The notes: a model not told the origin generated them from the letters alone. 45,490 nucleotides of DNA from a virus (IMGVR_UViG_3300025282_000066:1-45490), one strand, 5' to 3'; counted from the first letter of the stretch, positions 12,001 to 17,783 are shown. Translations and numbers: made by a program.

Positions 12001-13225
12001 AAAGAATCCATTAAAAGAGCCGGGTGATCTAGAAAGAGCCGTAAGAAAATCAAAGATTAGTTGGTGGAGTTATGGAAAAATATTAACGTATCTACAACGA
12101 TCAGGTTTACTGCATCCTGATAGAACAGAAAACTTGGCTGTTGTTTTAGAACTTGGTAATGTGAAAGATAAGTTTTATACTATAGGTAAAGTTGTCTCAC
12201 AACTGTCTGCTAGATTTGATGGTAAATCTGATTCTTATCGAAACTACATGTCAATCCTATCAGCTTTGCGACATGTGGAAAGACAATATTTAAATGAAGT
12301 AGTTGTCTCTCCTAATGCTTTTGATATCTATACAGGCTCTGATAGAAGATCACGAGCAGCAGAAATCTTTAGAAGATTCCCAGTATTATGGGCTTCTCAA
12401 ATGATGATTAGAAGATCTAACAATATGCCATTGCTAGCTTATGGAACCTTTATGGTTTCTATGTTAACTCTAGATATGATCTATATGATGTCTTTACGTC
12501 TAGCAGCTGGAACTTCTTATGAAGATCTAATGAAAGAAATAGAAGACAAGGGCTTTGGAAAGTTTATGTTAACGTATGGAGCTAGATTACCTCTTTGGGG
12601 TAGGTATTATGGTTGGATTGCTGCTGCTGCTGTAGCCCTAAGTAGAGATAATAGAATCGAGGGAGGTTTTGTTCCTGCCGCAGCAATGGCTCAGATACTT
12701 CAAAATATGTACAAATTAGGTATGTCTCCGTGGACTGATGATTATACTCAACAAGATCTAATCAATGCTTCTAGAATTCTCCCCATATTAGGAGATACAC
12801 TAGTAAGATTAAGTGTATATTCTGCTTGGGGAGATCAAATATCTAAGAAGAATCGAAGCAGACGAGGATATGGTAGTCCCTCTTCACAGTTCCAATATAC
12901 ATATACACATATGGGAGTACCTCCAGAATATGATTCAATGTCTTATGAAGCAGTAATGGGCGAGTGGTTTAATGAGATGGGACTAGAGCCAGATTTCCTA
13001 GCCTATGAGAATCAATTCAAGACATTACCGGGAACTAGATCTAATTGGGAGCAGATGGAACAGGAGACCCATATAGACCCTGAGAAGGCTGCGAGAAGAG
13101 ACATGCCCTCCAGACCCTCCGAGATCCTTAGAAGGCCTGAGGCGGGCTCTCAGAGGCTTACAGTGGATCCTATTGAAGCTATCAAAGAAGAGCCGATTCT
13201 AGAGATACCAGAGGAGTTCAGATAA
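2..13225 (+). CDS. Giant polyvalent (probable virion/ejection) protein, 5'-truncated by the window: two ART-PolyVal-like ADP-ribosyltransferase domains, two HExxH zincin-like motifs and a putative T7/N4-type RNA polymerase domain
   Basis: The frame of ORF 95..13225 is open back to base 2 (EATAREGAQTIPVYVNLTNPLRL). ART-like signatures: YDGIVY...VIAFDPANVKSPFNRGTW and YHGT...GLHIT...YARAENPL...GYDSLVY...YIIFNPSHVKSAIANNGDFD. HEGYH at 1073; HEVSH at 8915 followed by EEFIA at 9101. RNAP-like motif A VDRTGSG (4232) and motif B RKVFKVPAMRFIYEG (4595). Confidence 0.8.
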   Translation, partial: EATAREGAQTIPVYVNLTNPLRLEGGALAFTMANVYNESMDAMLVARREGGPALLADKVRAEVKRMSKMEMGDEAAEVYFKFMNSLGYDGIVYRQMVQGEHKSTVVIAFDPANVKSPFNRGTWGLAEPRMLLQSDETFDAQQTEEYLNNHWISKLSDEEQTALGIEWNGRRVEQERGERGELGEDWIPSWIEGVSSEEQLRIQDIDNYFLLKTFQARLEFLKRLNENIAKVEDELTEKAPPKPPEVLTPSLFKKTLSEVLRKFRLGTYKKRHKAIFEAMATVVGGREVLQQLIDNEKLVITLVVKTTEEGLTPFRQPKDYKAFFAPFSLGLKGGTIPGIEMGIDTKLKLNAYAVIAAHEGYHFIWDTKHRNKRLLLRKIWAEKLLDKFSQTETGKALMKKYSDHFDSAVEQGSTINLPILEYQLLLDEPAFQSGKRRGRIRVAYSRQEAALIDKEVYLYHAKRQYLLLIIDLLNEAHSDKKALRDIQEEMGRPLTWKEAKKTFGLRPRTEEFTSRFIQIRDLSTTVFGEDLFSDKQLLTELDFEEARRQGGFAKPLRNSFAYLLIYMRRMEIIKRAGIKIPKKDWSDYVFLKKLLVKAPEYMMNFSTPKVMMQLMENQGLTIEPLTPEIVDFMGETKEKGYFYHGTTAHPDNLTDIFNTSIGAGLHITTNPFVAGRFTEGDYGRVYLLYARAENPLRVRDIDNFKSVGGLATAIADALIPHGTTAYANLLAMRSALKEEILTKITKEWHYRIETKKWSRRKYMNKSSHVDPRILELRTEVIQDIIKSYGYDSLVYLNRGEIRDRRTGKEPENLYNKMAKLRAMEFDRTGEYFSEGRDTRYLHSITDDEFRAEFPEATDSYIIFNPSHVKSAIANNGDFDLNKSSILMQTADLETQHLIDEATAWASWVEGLRSISINAKKFKRTEGKRYTESYRIWGTMPGFFRDIRKGPHITFKPALLDQEEQGTSFADVINHRNEETNYYDIDKVIMMAEYEHTRAVGRLQGWHKVARQDLLEALENDLMAGDAINYFVALEFITRVEKAFRPLYKEAKGRYGFISHLKEDTGEPVFLTNKHDVQAFTEIVRRAIKSRLDKYIASESGHRDLNKLEPILGILGYTRDKDFVSLSIDHVTSMIIKHMGKLTPEGEQIKWSIEAFGNGEIDWAPAVEIGAGLVDLLTGSPLAVQRGIESNVLHNEDIRTEEQDPGGESIRLRQTRRGESNRSAPISLFHLASVVNQYRFMKRINYLLQHDEFTPEQREAVEAWIEKVNSEGTPNPLGFRAGFRVSPHYMGGFLDQVIPSKETLTEWGLTFLLDLPNLAHSVIHDQISVSQNNPLRFRGDLKNFSEDFSHGDDIILPFHWWGEVLSYEQMSPTLEGLSEGLLDYEAARYREWREANPDLSITDLFSVQTHVDRTGSGRWEMKALSLAADPGAIDALVSELKDTHGTKTISKEIKRDGLFNTILTHRGFTEKDLSDHYLGLALEVAQLITSHRNHEIVKALGPMLTAFGQLDGITTVEELIERSETNDIIKTLRKVFKVPAMRFIYEGTMRNFKKEFILANKGKAREAILELGELLGYDFYGKNHEELEALATILYKVGVNNMSIALQEASLGTRKKPSQVSITERGTGISHAMRTAVMKYLSLNRSTDANITLIPELAEGWKAVIKAKSLEDPKSGTGVEAIVVNEETGAEHRVSLDITEISDKPQEADKKNSLIKADEALKLFEAALKKAAIYDFGEDVDFEEAMEKTRERYTNWSKIQAYLKERRNRFLTIGELNELKAMAYPSTPQTDMAVFRGLNMLGAATYQINLERAQLLADAMGIAGFDAEIQLASMMNKNMYFPVGYSTMSDRGYPGLQIMSTLTGIALERAAVRPLRIRDNTTGKMVAFPYKSFEEFIKAKQEAFEATGGVWDKAKLRETFKEFLRDVENAEESLGLYDTADNPFHKLSREDAKKKVEDLITLQQFIWWASYEAPPASVFPDYTTEVSDEALLQELQEDWTSHSERMYKELPREMEIEVNDASDQELKLKGKASLIRSNEASKKTGYPIQLYHRSEVDDSRYIDSSNPKGFMSTQPLYQSLPFHDRGILAFQRRALQNKVDSLLGPIAGLREVIAPIPGVDNSLGWASPWSEKTLPARRTTLAEYLQLYGKNEEGMLAGTIARDLDTWASRRGLLNELHDKPEFYPYYFLIREIEKTYQRFVKYARSEMSEEELIFRRSEWLTALHKLDEVSRNIVEYEHSGLTLDGKASLLALVRPIHDKATWKEILTSTVTEDHAEGKLLSPTLIHTELKAPLMPSEGTPIFETAEDKAYWDEHIGEAHWKDIVNELTIGSGIIQAHDFNRFLMVPLYQSYISEVLKTYKRPDGTKPYADSSIYKDPRKWEEAVERQDRKEIIRRAKNIARGSKGVSIMLDISVVEYADENNPDGPNLVKLMVESAVGQTVQKGKTKTEVSFNSRHASAEVGFGFLSRSPRIYKLIGGRFKIHLTPEGALKLFGITDNIRPLDELQNAAISNKIFGVKFDQNNEPLRAKPLQDIIRDAIGFTTRHQIEEATRISDALNLIVRQSRADKSQGPRMISHKQVTIDQFGLDVVDLHAYKTGEIAPPEGRTLAWREAVLSPITEFLHSIEEENLFNPYFDIHAELTSLIKRVREDVGPSYQHALGISIALSSLMINGASRIPSDSMIIPFLDPQIYNTRRIADSGKVDIDPLINEAQALYRKLVIFQDSDSFIKTLPVYHAARTFAFEMSLDPAADIETSTEEVFINWLKEKGLYEFDLGQPAKSSFLEFEAGRDTEPKIYYSYNQHLENYKPGLSDEEKRRQLILLSLDAALSHQETANNLRVEFDQTNLDSEESELDTLKSVFLGNVSKDHDTALKFAETRDNITRPHLRRVLKKIQGMEERGIVKGKETRLLRQLILNAYAMNPLIVRDLMFDLEAHSIKSGKTEEGQYYIRFGERLKRIGKDPLDIVQIFAHEVSHIARAKFISSNSGEWDAFQALLRGRGKGLVKKLVMAWHGNRWNSSAQEEYNNYVTKGPEEFIAALGQFFLLKDMLPTIKNMTTEEAKTLQTALGFVGRIMSFVRNVFSDLDHVWSRFFVSNDEVNILMHRLFGLDITTPNYSQVLDVENTGPLTFNWMNRFTDDDWQLSEGQRGTMEEIDARFEDAVDHRNILEMMQEKGTITDEQLRKLNSLRNMTDRRLESGISIFEFYDHLPHTMAKFGTDVSMGDHTWQVLDLEAVLDSSLGNSTEIQLDRIVAFQYGVNQMRHKFGNQIQDNAGEFAMRMSKALGKLGRFMGLGRNRTVDEDPIRTRVLSGIAGHTGNEYTWAAPHIIPIWLTTLIDEHITNTRGHYDTLEGLPSLRKSLEEVVNVENVLFRLHGVLQNELLSPLASFIKGDNTPGKKTREILKEVSAAFTLLVENETETDLGFSEETKIRLANLSPKKRELFYSTIKEMAQVMRSLMENIQKSRQDLGDWTSAADSLMGYKLSQEIKQGTNSSTMFDAMNEEIHNRLLDNTHDFVDPLTLFAMNALPRFDTTENLTEDLFGPKGLYGNKTEPSSLYVLLISQLAKTMDETFSSEEKVLNASLDPVKQTKVDDFVRKFKTLFEDGVLKEKYLSGFRITIQKLMRDMASGEITWSNLNIAHVDKLKFQYHHYLKESGGKDATHDMRVDKRFQSLFLNRDSLSFLEQSRGAIAFEMPQGRMPLLEERSLTTGKIYNVTQLHTRNFMNRAYMGHYLPNDAWWIPKVSQAIRNPIIRENLTLHPVETIRSLKKGLADTTHERMILQYHLGMRGDIGHLLALFKYFNQVGDLHDMAGNKASESVRKAMTKSVEFLEQKYAFLRGFQEEGTSYGTMADWAFEMAPSVTKIAFAGNLGIASLTVEHMMNTFVTMIGEKKLLNGFRTMFAPVFHGLSSEETKLVASDIADAVEGMTQGFLPEYEQAASEAEAVFGQDFTNKWASQMLRFPKHVLRSSATARIITLRKGIYSLLHSNPAKIKVLLDHIEKNPLKEPGDLERAVRKSKISWWSYGKILTYLQRSGLLHPDRTENLAVVLELGNVKDKFYTIGKVVSQLSARFDGKSDSYRNYMSILSALRHVERQYLNEVVVSPNAFDIYTGSDRRSRAAEIFRRFPVLWASQMMIRRSNNMPLLAYGTFMVSMLTLDMIYMMSLRLAAGTSYEDLMKEIEDKGFGKFMLTYGARLPLWGRYYGWIAAAAVALSRDNRIEGGFVPAAAMAQILQNMYKLGMSPWTDDYTQQDLINASRILPILGDTLVRLSVYSAWGDQISKKNRSRRGYGSPSSQFQYTYTHMGVPPEYDSMSYEAVMGEWFNEMGLEPDFLAYENQFKTLPGTRSNWEQMEQETHIDPEKAARRDMPSRPSEILRRPEAGSQRLTVDPIEAIKEEPILEIPEEFR

Positions 13226-13299
13226 ATCGACTAGGGGGTCACGAATTTACACGGGGCATAGGATAGGATAGCTTGTTTGCTATTCCCCCCGTACCCCCT

Positions 13300-13320
13300 T
13301 GTTGCTTAGCAACAGAAAGG
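13300..13320 (+). promoter_or_regulatory. Hairpin-plus-RBS element 1 (TGTTGC-TTA-GCAACA-GAAAGG)
   Basis: 6-bp inverted repeat with a 3-nt loop, directly fused to the Shine-Dalgarno of the ATG at 13330. One of four similar elements. Confidence 0.5.
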
Positions 13321-13329
13321 AGATCCGCA

Positions 13330-13524
13330 ATGGCGTATCTCAAGATGACACGAGATGAATACTCTCGTGTCCATGGTGTCTTTGCCGCAGCCGGTGGCAG
13401 GGATGTCAAGGGTGTGTCCGCTGAATTGGAGCGGGCCCACACGCATATCGTAACGCTGGGCGTGAGGCTAGACCTTACGCTCGTCGTTCAGCAGAAGCTT
13501 GCCCAAGAGGCAGGACTCCGCTGA
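13330..13524 (+). CDS. Hypothetical early protein (64 aa)
   Basis: GAAAGGAG RBS before ATG 13330, in frame with track ORF 13273..13524. Confidence 0.7.
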   Translation: MAYLKMTRDEYSRVHGVFAAAGGRDVKGVSAELERAHTHIVTLGVRLDLTLVVQQKLAQEAGLR

Positions 13525-13563
13525 AACCATGGGCTAAGCTACGGCCCTCAACGGTAGCATGAA

Positions 13564-13584
13564 GTCCCATTAGGGACAGAGAGG
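13564..13584 (+). promoter_or_regulatory. Hairpin-plus-RBS element 2 (GTCCC-ATTA-GGGAC-AGAGAGG)
   Basis: 5-bp stem followed by a purine-rich RBS before ATG 13592. Confidence 0.45.
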
Positions 13585-13591
13585 TTCTATT

Positions 13592-13954
13592 ATGAACACC
13601 ATGACCATAACCATTATGAGTCTGTGGGACGCATCAACACATGAGTATGATGTTATCACAGATGAGTGGGATCAGCATATTAAGCCAGAAGTTCTTCTGG
13701 AGAAAGTGTTCGTCCGACAACAGGATGACACTAAAGATGTGCCTAACATACCTTCGATGTGTGCAGGTGATATCGTTAGTGTTAGCACTATTCCGTATAG
13801 TGCGATGCTCGACGGTTTCATGGACAGAAAGAAAGTAGAAAGGAGTGCTCGGTTTCTTTGTACGGCAAACGGATGGAAGAGATTGACCCTTGAGCTCTTC
13901 TACCAGTGGACAACGTCTTCTTCGCTAGAACGAATGCTTCTAGCACGCAAATAG
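13592..13954 (+). CDS. Hypothetical early protein (120 aa)
   Basis: ORF with RBS. The PSMCAGDIV...FLCTANGW segment resembles small phage YodL-like proteins, but the resemblance is weak. Confidence 0.7.
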   Translation: MNTMTITIMSLWDASTHEYDVITDEWDQHIKPEVLLEKVFVRQQDDTKDVPNIPSMCAGDIVSVSTIPYSAMLDGFMDRKKVERSARFLCTANGWKRLTLELFYQWTTSSSLERMLLARK

Positions 13955-13985
13955 GCACAGCTGTCAGCCTTCAATGGCAGCACAT

Positions 13986-14010
13986 TGTCCCTCGTCGGGA
14001 CAGAAAGGGA
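13986..14010 (+). promoter_or_regulatory. Hairpin-plus-RBS element 3 (TGTCCC-TCGTC-GGGACA-GAAAGGGA)
   Basis: 6-bp stem followed by an RBS before ATG 14012/14018. Confidence 0.45.
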
Positions 14011-14017
14011 TATGATC

Positions 14018-15790
14018 ATGAAGATCAAGATTCCCAACAAGACCGTGGCATCCCTCAAGGAAACCACGGACGCAGCCACGGAGCTGTGCTTCGAGGCTCA
14101 CTCGGAGTACGTGGCTGATCTCTACAATCGTGGTAGAGAAGCAGATGAGTTCGTGACTCGTCTGAGGAAGGATGTCCTGTATACCACAGGGCTGACCTTT
14201 AGCGTGCCATTGGCACGTAAGACACACTCGTCCATCTTGGAGGCGTACCTCAAGTACAAGCCCAAGAAGGAGGGTGCATACCCGTTCTACACCTTGGAGC
14301 CAAGCGGCAAGTTGCCTATCGTGACTCGGAATCCGAGCATGGAGGTGGGGGCCGACTGGTCCCAATCCGTCAAGTACTTCGGTACGTGTGGGCATCTGGT
14401 CGATGGCCGGATGCTGGAAGCGGTGTCTATCCACCGCAATGCTCTGCTCCACAGTGGAGCAGATGATGCAACGGATGATGCCGAGAATTATCTGCCACTA
14501 CACGTGTTGCAGATTCTGGCTAAGATGTATGGAGAGGAACAGGAATGCTTCGTCTCCTACCACCAACTCCAAGAGTCAGGGCGGATGATAGAAGAGCTCA
14601 GGGGTGGGGGCTCTGCTAACAACAAGATCTCACGAGCGGTGCTCCTGGATACAAACTTCGTGGTTTGTGATAAGGAGAACCTTGAGATCCTTGAGAACTG
14701 TATCCGAGCCAAGTACGGTGTCTCAAGCAAGATCAAGGACTGGGCATCACGAGTCCTTAATAAATACGATGTGTCAGATCACCACAAGTGCGAGGAAATC
14801 AATCTCGCCTGCTGTTGGAGAGACATCATCACCAAGGGTGGGTCTCATCACACGGTTGAGATCGATGCCCATACCAGTGGCATGGTTCACATGCTCATGC
14901 AAGTGGGACTGTGGATTCGACGAGACATCTGTGCTCGTACTAAGGGATGGGAGAAGCTCTATACTCGCATCGCTAGGATGATCAGGATGTCCTGCCCATG
15001 GGCTGGGCATCTACCCATGAGTGAGATCATGGCAATCGCTAAGAAGGTGATGTCACCTTCCATGTACGGTGGTGGGTCCACTGCCATCGTACCGCAGTTC
15101 TTCAAGAATGTTAAGCATGGAGATGGAAACTGGGTCTTCCCATCTCGCAGCTTGGTAGTTCCCGACTACTACCAGCCATTGTTCAATGAGACCATAAAGG
15201 TCTATGACAAGGGTGTTGGTCATCATGTAGATATCCTGTCGGATACTCAAGATGGGCTCACATGCTTCGACAAGGAAGTCACAAAGAAGTACTCCCAGTA
15301 CTTCCGCAAGTGCTTCCCATTTGTGAAGGGTAGAGGTAAGGAAGATCCCGGACTGTTCGGAAAGTTCATCTCTCATGGTGAGGCCAATCCGAATGGATTG
15401 ATGAAGCTTGCGGGTATGCAGGTACAAATCCATCCGTTCACAGAAGACAAGCTTCGTAAGGTAGGCGTAACAGCCTACGATGCAGAAGGTTACAGGCACA
15501 GCACTGGTGTCTATCCTCTGGTCGAGAGCAGCTACACTGACCTCATGGCGAAGCATACTCACCTACTGGACAGCTACCAGATGGCCTTGTTCGGATGCAT
15601 GGCCGAAGAAGAGGGCGTGTGTGTACGTCCGATCCTCGATGCTGTCAAGGTTCCAGCCGGGAAACTCAAGTGGGCCTTAGAGGCAGCATCACAAACATTC
15701 CTGCATGTCCATGCCAAGCCTCGCTTCCCCGTAGGAACCGAAGGCTTCAAGGCATGGCAAGGCGAAGCCCCCAGCGTTTGGGGCTTCTGA
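14018..15790 (+). CDS. Compact, divergent T7-family single-subunit RNA polymerase-like protein
   Basis: Motif A VEIDAHTSG (Asp at 14864), motif B KKVMSPSMYGG (15041), AKHTHLLDS matching T7 PNFVHSQD (15551), motif C PILDAV (Asp at 15638), in T7 RNAP order and spacing. Start moved from TTG 13985 to the RBS-supported ATG at 14018 (14012 also possible). Confidence 0.7.
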   Translation: MKIKIPNKTVASLKETTDAATELCFEAHSEYVADLYNRGREADEFVTRLRKDVLYTTGLTFSVPLARKTHSSILEAYLKYKPKKEGAYPFYTLEPSGKLPIVTRNPSMEVGADWSQSVKYFGTCGHLVDGRMLEAVSIHRNALLHSGADDATDDAENYLPLHVLQILAKMYGEEQECFVSYHQLQESGRMIEELRGGGSANNKISRAVLLDTNFVVCDKENLEILENCIRAKYGVSSKIKDWASRVLNKYDVSDHHKCEEINLACCWRDIITKGGSHHTVEIDAHTSGMVHMLMQVGLWIRRDICARTKGWEKLYTRIARMIRMSCPWAGHLPMSEIMAIAKKVMSPSMYGGGSTAIVPQFFKNVKHGDGNWVFPSRSLVVPDYYQPLFNETIKVYDKGVGHHVDILSDTQDGLTCFDKEVTKKYSQYFRKCFPFVKGRGKEDPGLFGKFISHGEANPNGLMKLAGMQVQIHPFTEDKLRKVGVTAYDAEGYRHSTGVYPLVESSYTDLMAKHTHLLDSYQMALFGCMAEEEGVCVRPILDAVKVPAGKLKWALEAASQTFLHVHAKPRFPVGTEGFKAWQGEAPSVWGF

Positions 15791-15798
15791 TATACCTC

Positions 15799-15818
15799 GT
15801 CGCTTAGCGACAGAAAGG
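15799..15818 (+). promoter_or_regulatory. Hairpin-plus-RBS element 4 (GTCGC-TTA-GCGAC-AGAAAGG)
   Basis: 5-bp stem with a TTA loop, fused to the RBS before ATG 15827. Confidence 0.5.
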
Positions 15819-15826
15819 ATAGCACC

Positions 15827-16336
15827 ATGGCTATCAAGACCATCATCGTTCCTACTCGTTCTTCACAGAAGTACTCCAATGCGTTGGAGTGTCACGCTGC
15901 CAGTCACCCCACCATGGGTGAGGGCAGGCTGTACTTCTACCTGTCCAAGGACAAGAAGAGTCGGGTTGCCCGCTTCTTCCCCAAGGACTGGGAGAATGGA
16001 TGCTTGTATGTCCGAGCAACCGATGGCTTCCCTGTTGACAAGACAGTGAAAGAGATGGGTGAACACATGGGTCTTGACCATGTGTTGGGACAGATTAACA
16101 TCCCGTCCAACTTCAGGATCTCCAGTACCTGTAAGTTCTACCTCATGGACAGCCCTGAGTTTGAGGATAACACCCTCACGTTCAGCCTTAGGTGGAACAA
16201 GATGACTAAGCAATTCACATGTCCCTTCGAGATGGATCCCACATGGGATGAGGAAGTACTGGGTACTGAATGCTTCGAAGCTATTCAGAGATTTGTCTGG
16301 CAGCAATGGCACGGCTGTGGACTGTATGGTGGCTGA
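15827..16336 (+). CDS. Hypothetical protein (169 aa)
   Basis: ORF with GAAAGGA RBS and the same GC3-rich codon style as the neighbouring early genes. Confidence 0.8.
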   Translation: MAIKTIIVPTRSSQKYSNALECHAASHPTMGEGRLYFYLSKDKKSRVARFFPKDWENGCLYVRATDGFPVDKTVKEMGEHMGLDHVLGQINIPSNFRISSTCKFYLMDSPEFEDNTLTFSLRWNKMTKQFTCPFEMDPTWDEEVLGTECFEAIQRFVWQQWHGCGLYGG

Positions 16337-16386
16337 TGATTTGACCGGGGGGTTACTACCTTGGGCTACCGCCTGAGGTAGAAATT

Positions 16387-16418
16387 TTGACACCTCCTCC
16401 GGGGGGATTGATATAAAT
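16387..16418 (+). promoter_or_regulatory. Possible host sigma70-type promoter
   Basis: TTGACA at 16387 and TG-A-TATAAA at 16409-16417. The 19-nt spacer is non-optimal. Confidence 0.3.
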
Positions 16419-16600
16419 GACTATATACTTATATAGAGAACGGCATGTAGTTGCTAGTGTTACCTACTATATGTAGTGGGTCTATATAGTTGGAGTATAT
16501 AGTAGAACCTAGGGTATAACTATAGTTAGATAGGTGTTTATAATTATATAAGGATTACTCCTATGTTCTATAGAATACCTTAAGGAGTACGTGGTATCTT
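16411..16600. other. AT-rich non-coding tract with multiple short palindromes (possible origin or regulatory region)
   Basis: CTATAT-ACTT-ATATAG, CTATATAG, TAACTATAGTTA, TTCTATAGAA, CCTTAAGG; no credible ORF. Confidence 0.4.
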
Positions 16601-16704
16601 ATGAACTATGGCCCTAGGGGGCACGCTATGCCCCTACGGGCGGAGTGATTATCTTATTAGATAGTCCCATTACTAATAATGGTGATGGAATAGGAGACCT
16701 GACA

Positions 16705-16899
16705 ATGGCAAAGCTGGTCATTATCATGCCCCCAACGGGTGCAAAGAAGGCTCGGACCGAGGAAACTTGGGAGCGAGACCACCAACTCATGCTCGATGCT
16801 GTAGGAACGCAGCACGAGTGGGGCCGCACGGCGGTCAAACGGCTAGTAAACGATGCTGAGACCCTCGGTATCGTGGTGGAGGTGAAGACACAGACCTAG
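16705..16899 (+). CDS. Hypothetical protein (64 aa)
   Basis: AGGAG RBS before ATG 16705, in frame with track ORF 16645..16899, followed by a terminator. Confidence 0.7.
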   Translation: MAKLVIIMPPTGAKKARTEETWERDHQLMLDAVGTQHEWGRTAVKRLVNDAETLGIVVEVKTQT

Positions 16900-16924
16900 G
16901 TCTGCTGTTTTCCCGACCACTATC

Positions 16925-16963
16925 ACACCCTCGGTGTCCTTAGGGGCATCGAGGGTGTTTTTC
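16925..16963 (+). terminator. Rho-independent terminator
   Basis: ACACCCTCGGTGTCC-TTAG-GGGCATCGAGGGTGT stem (with G-U pairs) followed by a T run. Confidence 0.75.
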
Positions 16964-17388
16964 TGTTGACGATGGGGTATGTCCGATACAGCGTGGCTAC
17001 CCCCGTCCCTTAGTTACATCCGCCAAGGTGGGTGTACCTAAGGGGCGTAAGCCTGTCCTGAGCATGGAGTGTAAAAGTTGACTCCTTAAAGACCATTAAA
17101 CTGCTCATCTCTCGCACTTGCCTAAGCAAGCAACCAACTGCCAGTAACTGTAATGGTTATGTGGGATTCCTGTTGATTCAACAGCGGCCCATCAATACTT
17201 GAGGTGATAAGTTCATTTGAACCCACACTCAAGGACCGACAGACATCCGATGTCAGAGAGATATGCGGTATACAAATCACAAGCTCTGTGTCATTGCGGT
17301 TCAGGGAATCCGAGTTAACAAAATTCCCCCGAAGTTCCGGCTACTGGCGTAGCGTGGAGTAGCAGAGACATCTCTCTCACCAAAGAGT

Positions 17389-17476
17389 AGGATCTGTTGC
17401 CCTTGATGGGGTGGTGCCCATCTAAAGGTCAAAATATAAGACCCCACGAGAGGTTCGATTCCTCTCTGGTCCTCCA
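17389..17476 (+). ncRNA. tRNA-like structure (non-canonical)
   Basis: T-arm GAGAGG-TTCGATT-CCTCTC; AGGATC/GGTCCT acceptor-like pairing ending in CCA; internal GATGGG/CCCATC hairpin; no canonical 7-nt anticodon loop. Confidence 0.4.
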
Positions 17477-17581
17477 ATTCAGTAAATGCTACAACAAGCA
17501 TTGCCCTGCTCCTCTGGGTTATGCGAGGACATGGCCCTGTTATGATAGCAGGGAGAGCACATGAATCTACAGCTCATCTTC

Positions 17582-17663
17582 GGGGGTGACATGGAAAGTC
17601 TCCGCAGATATGGCCGCATGTCGGCACCTGCGGACTACGAGGGTTCGAATCCCTCCACCTCCA
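17582..17663 (+). ncRNA. Miniature tmRNA-like RNA (tRNA-like domain only)
   Basis: Acceptor GGGGGTG/CACCTCC-A with G3-U70; stemless D-loop ACATGGAAAGTC; TCCGCAG/CTGCGGA helix; T-arm GAGGG-TTCGAAT-CCCTC. Confidence 0.6.
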
Positions 17664-17685
17664 TTGTGCACTGTCGTGAACTGGC

Positions 17686-17783
17686 CCGACATTAAATAAC
17701 TTGACCACCCTGAGCTTACCGGCAGAGGGGACAAATATATTGAGTGGTTATACTGGAGATACGGGTTCGAGTCCCGTCGTTGG
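17686..17783 (+). ncRNA. tRNA-like structure or degenerate tRNA
   Basis: T-arm ACGGG-TTCGAGT-CCCGT (17761-17777); CCGAC/GTTGG closing pairing; TGACCAC/GTGGTTA helix. Confidence 0.3.

Noticed and set aside
14018-15790. Second family A DNA polymerase as the identity of the 590-aa protein
   Set aside because: Motif A DxxxSG and the HTHLLD segment match RNAP rather than the DxSxxE.R and QG..AD/HDE motifs of Pol A; no exonuclease domain is seen.
16411-16600. CRISPR array or regular tandem repeat
   Set aside because: The palindromes are irregular, with no constant repeat-spacer period and no cas genes.
17389-17476. Selenocysteine or suppressor tRNA
   Set aside because: It has a 6-bp hairpin like the tRNA-Sec D-stem but no UCA or CUA anticodon loop and no long variable arm; genes terminate normally at all three stop codons, so there is no sign of recoding.
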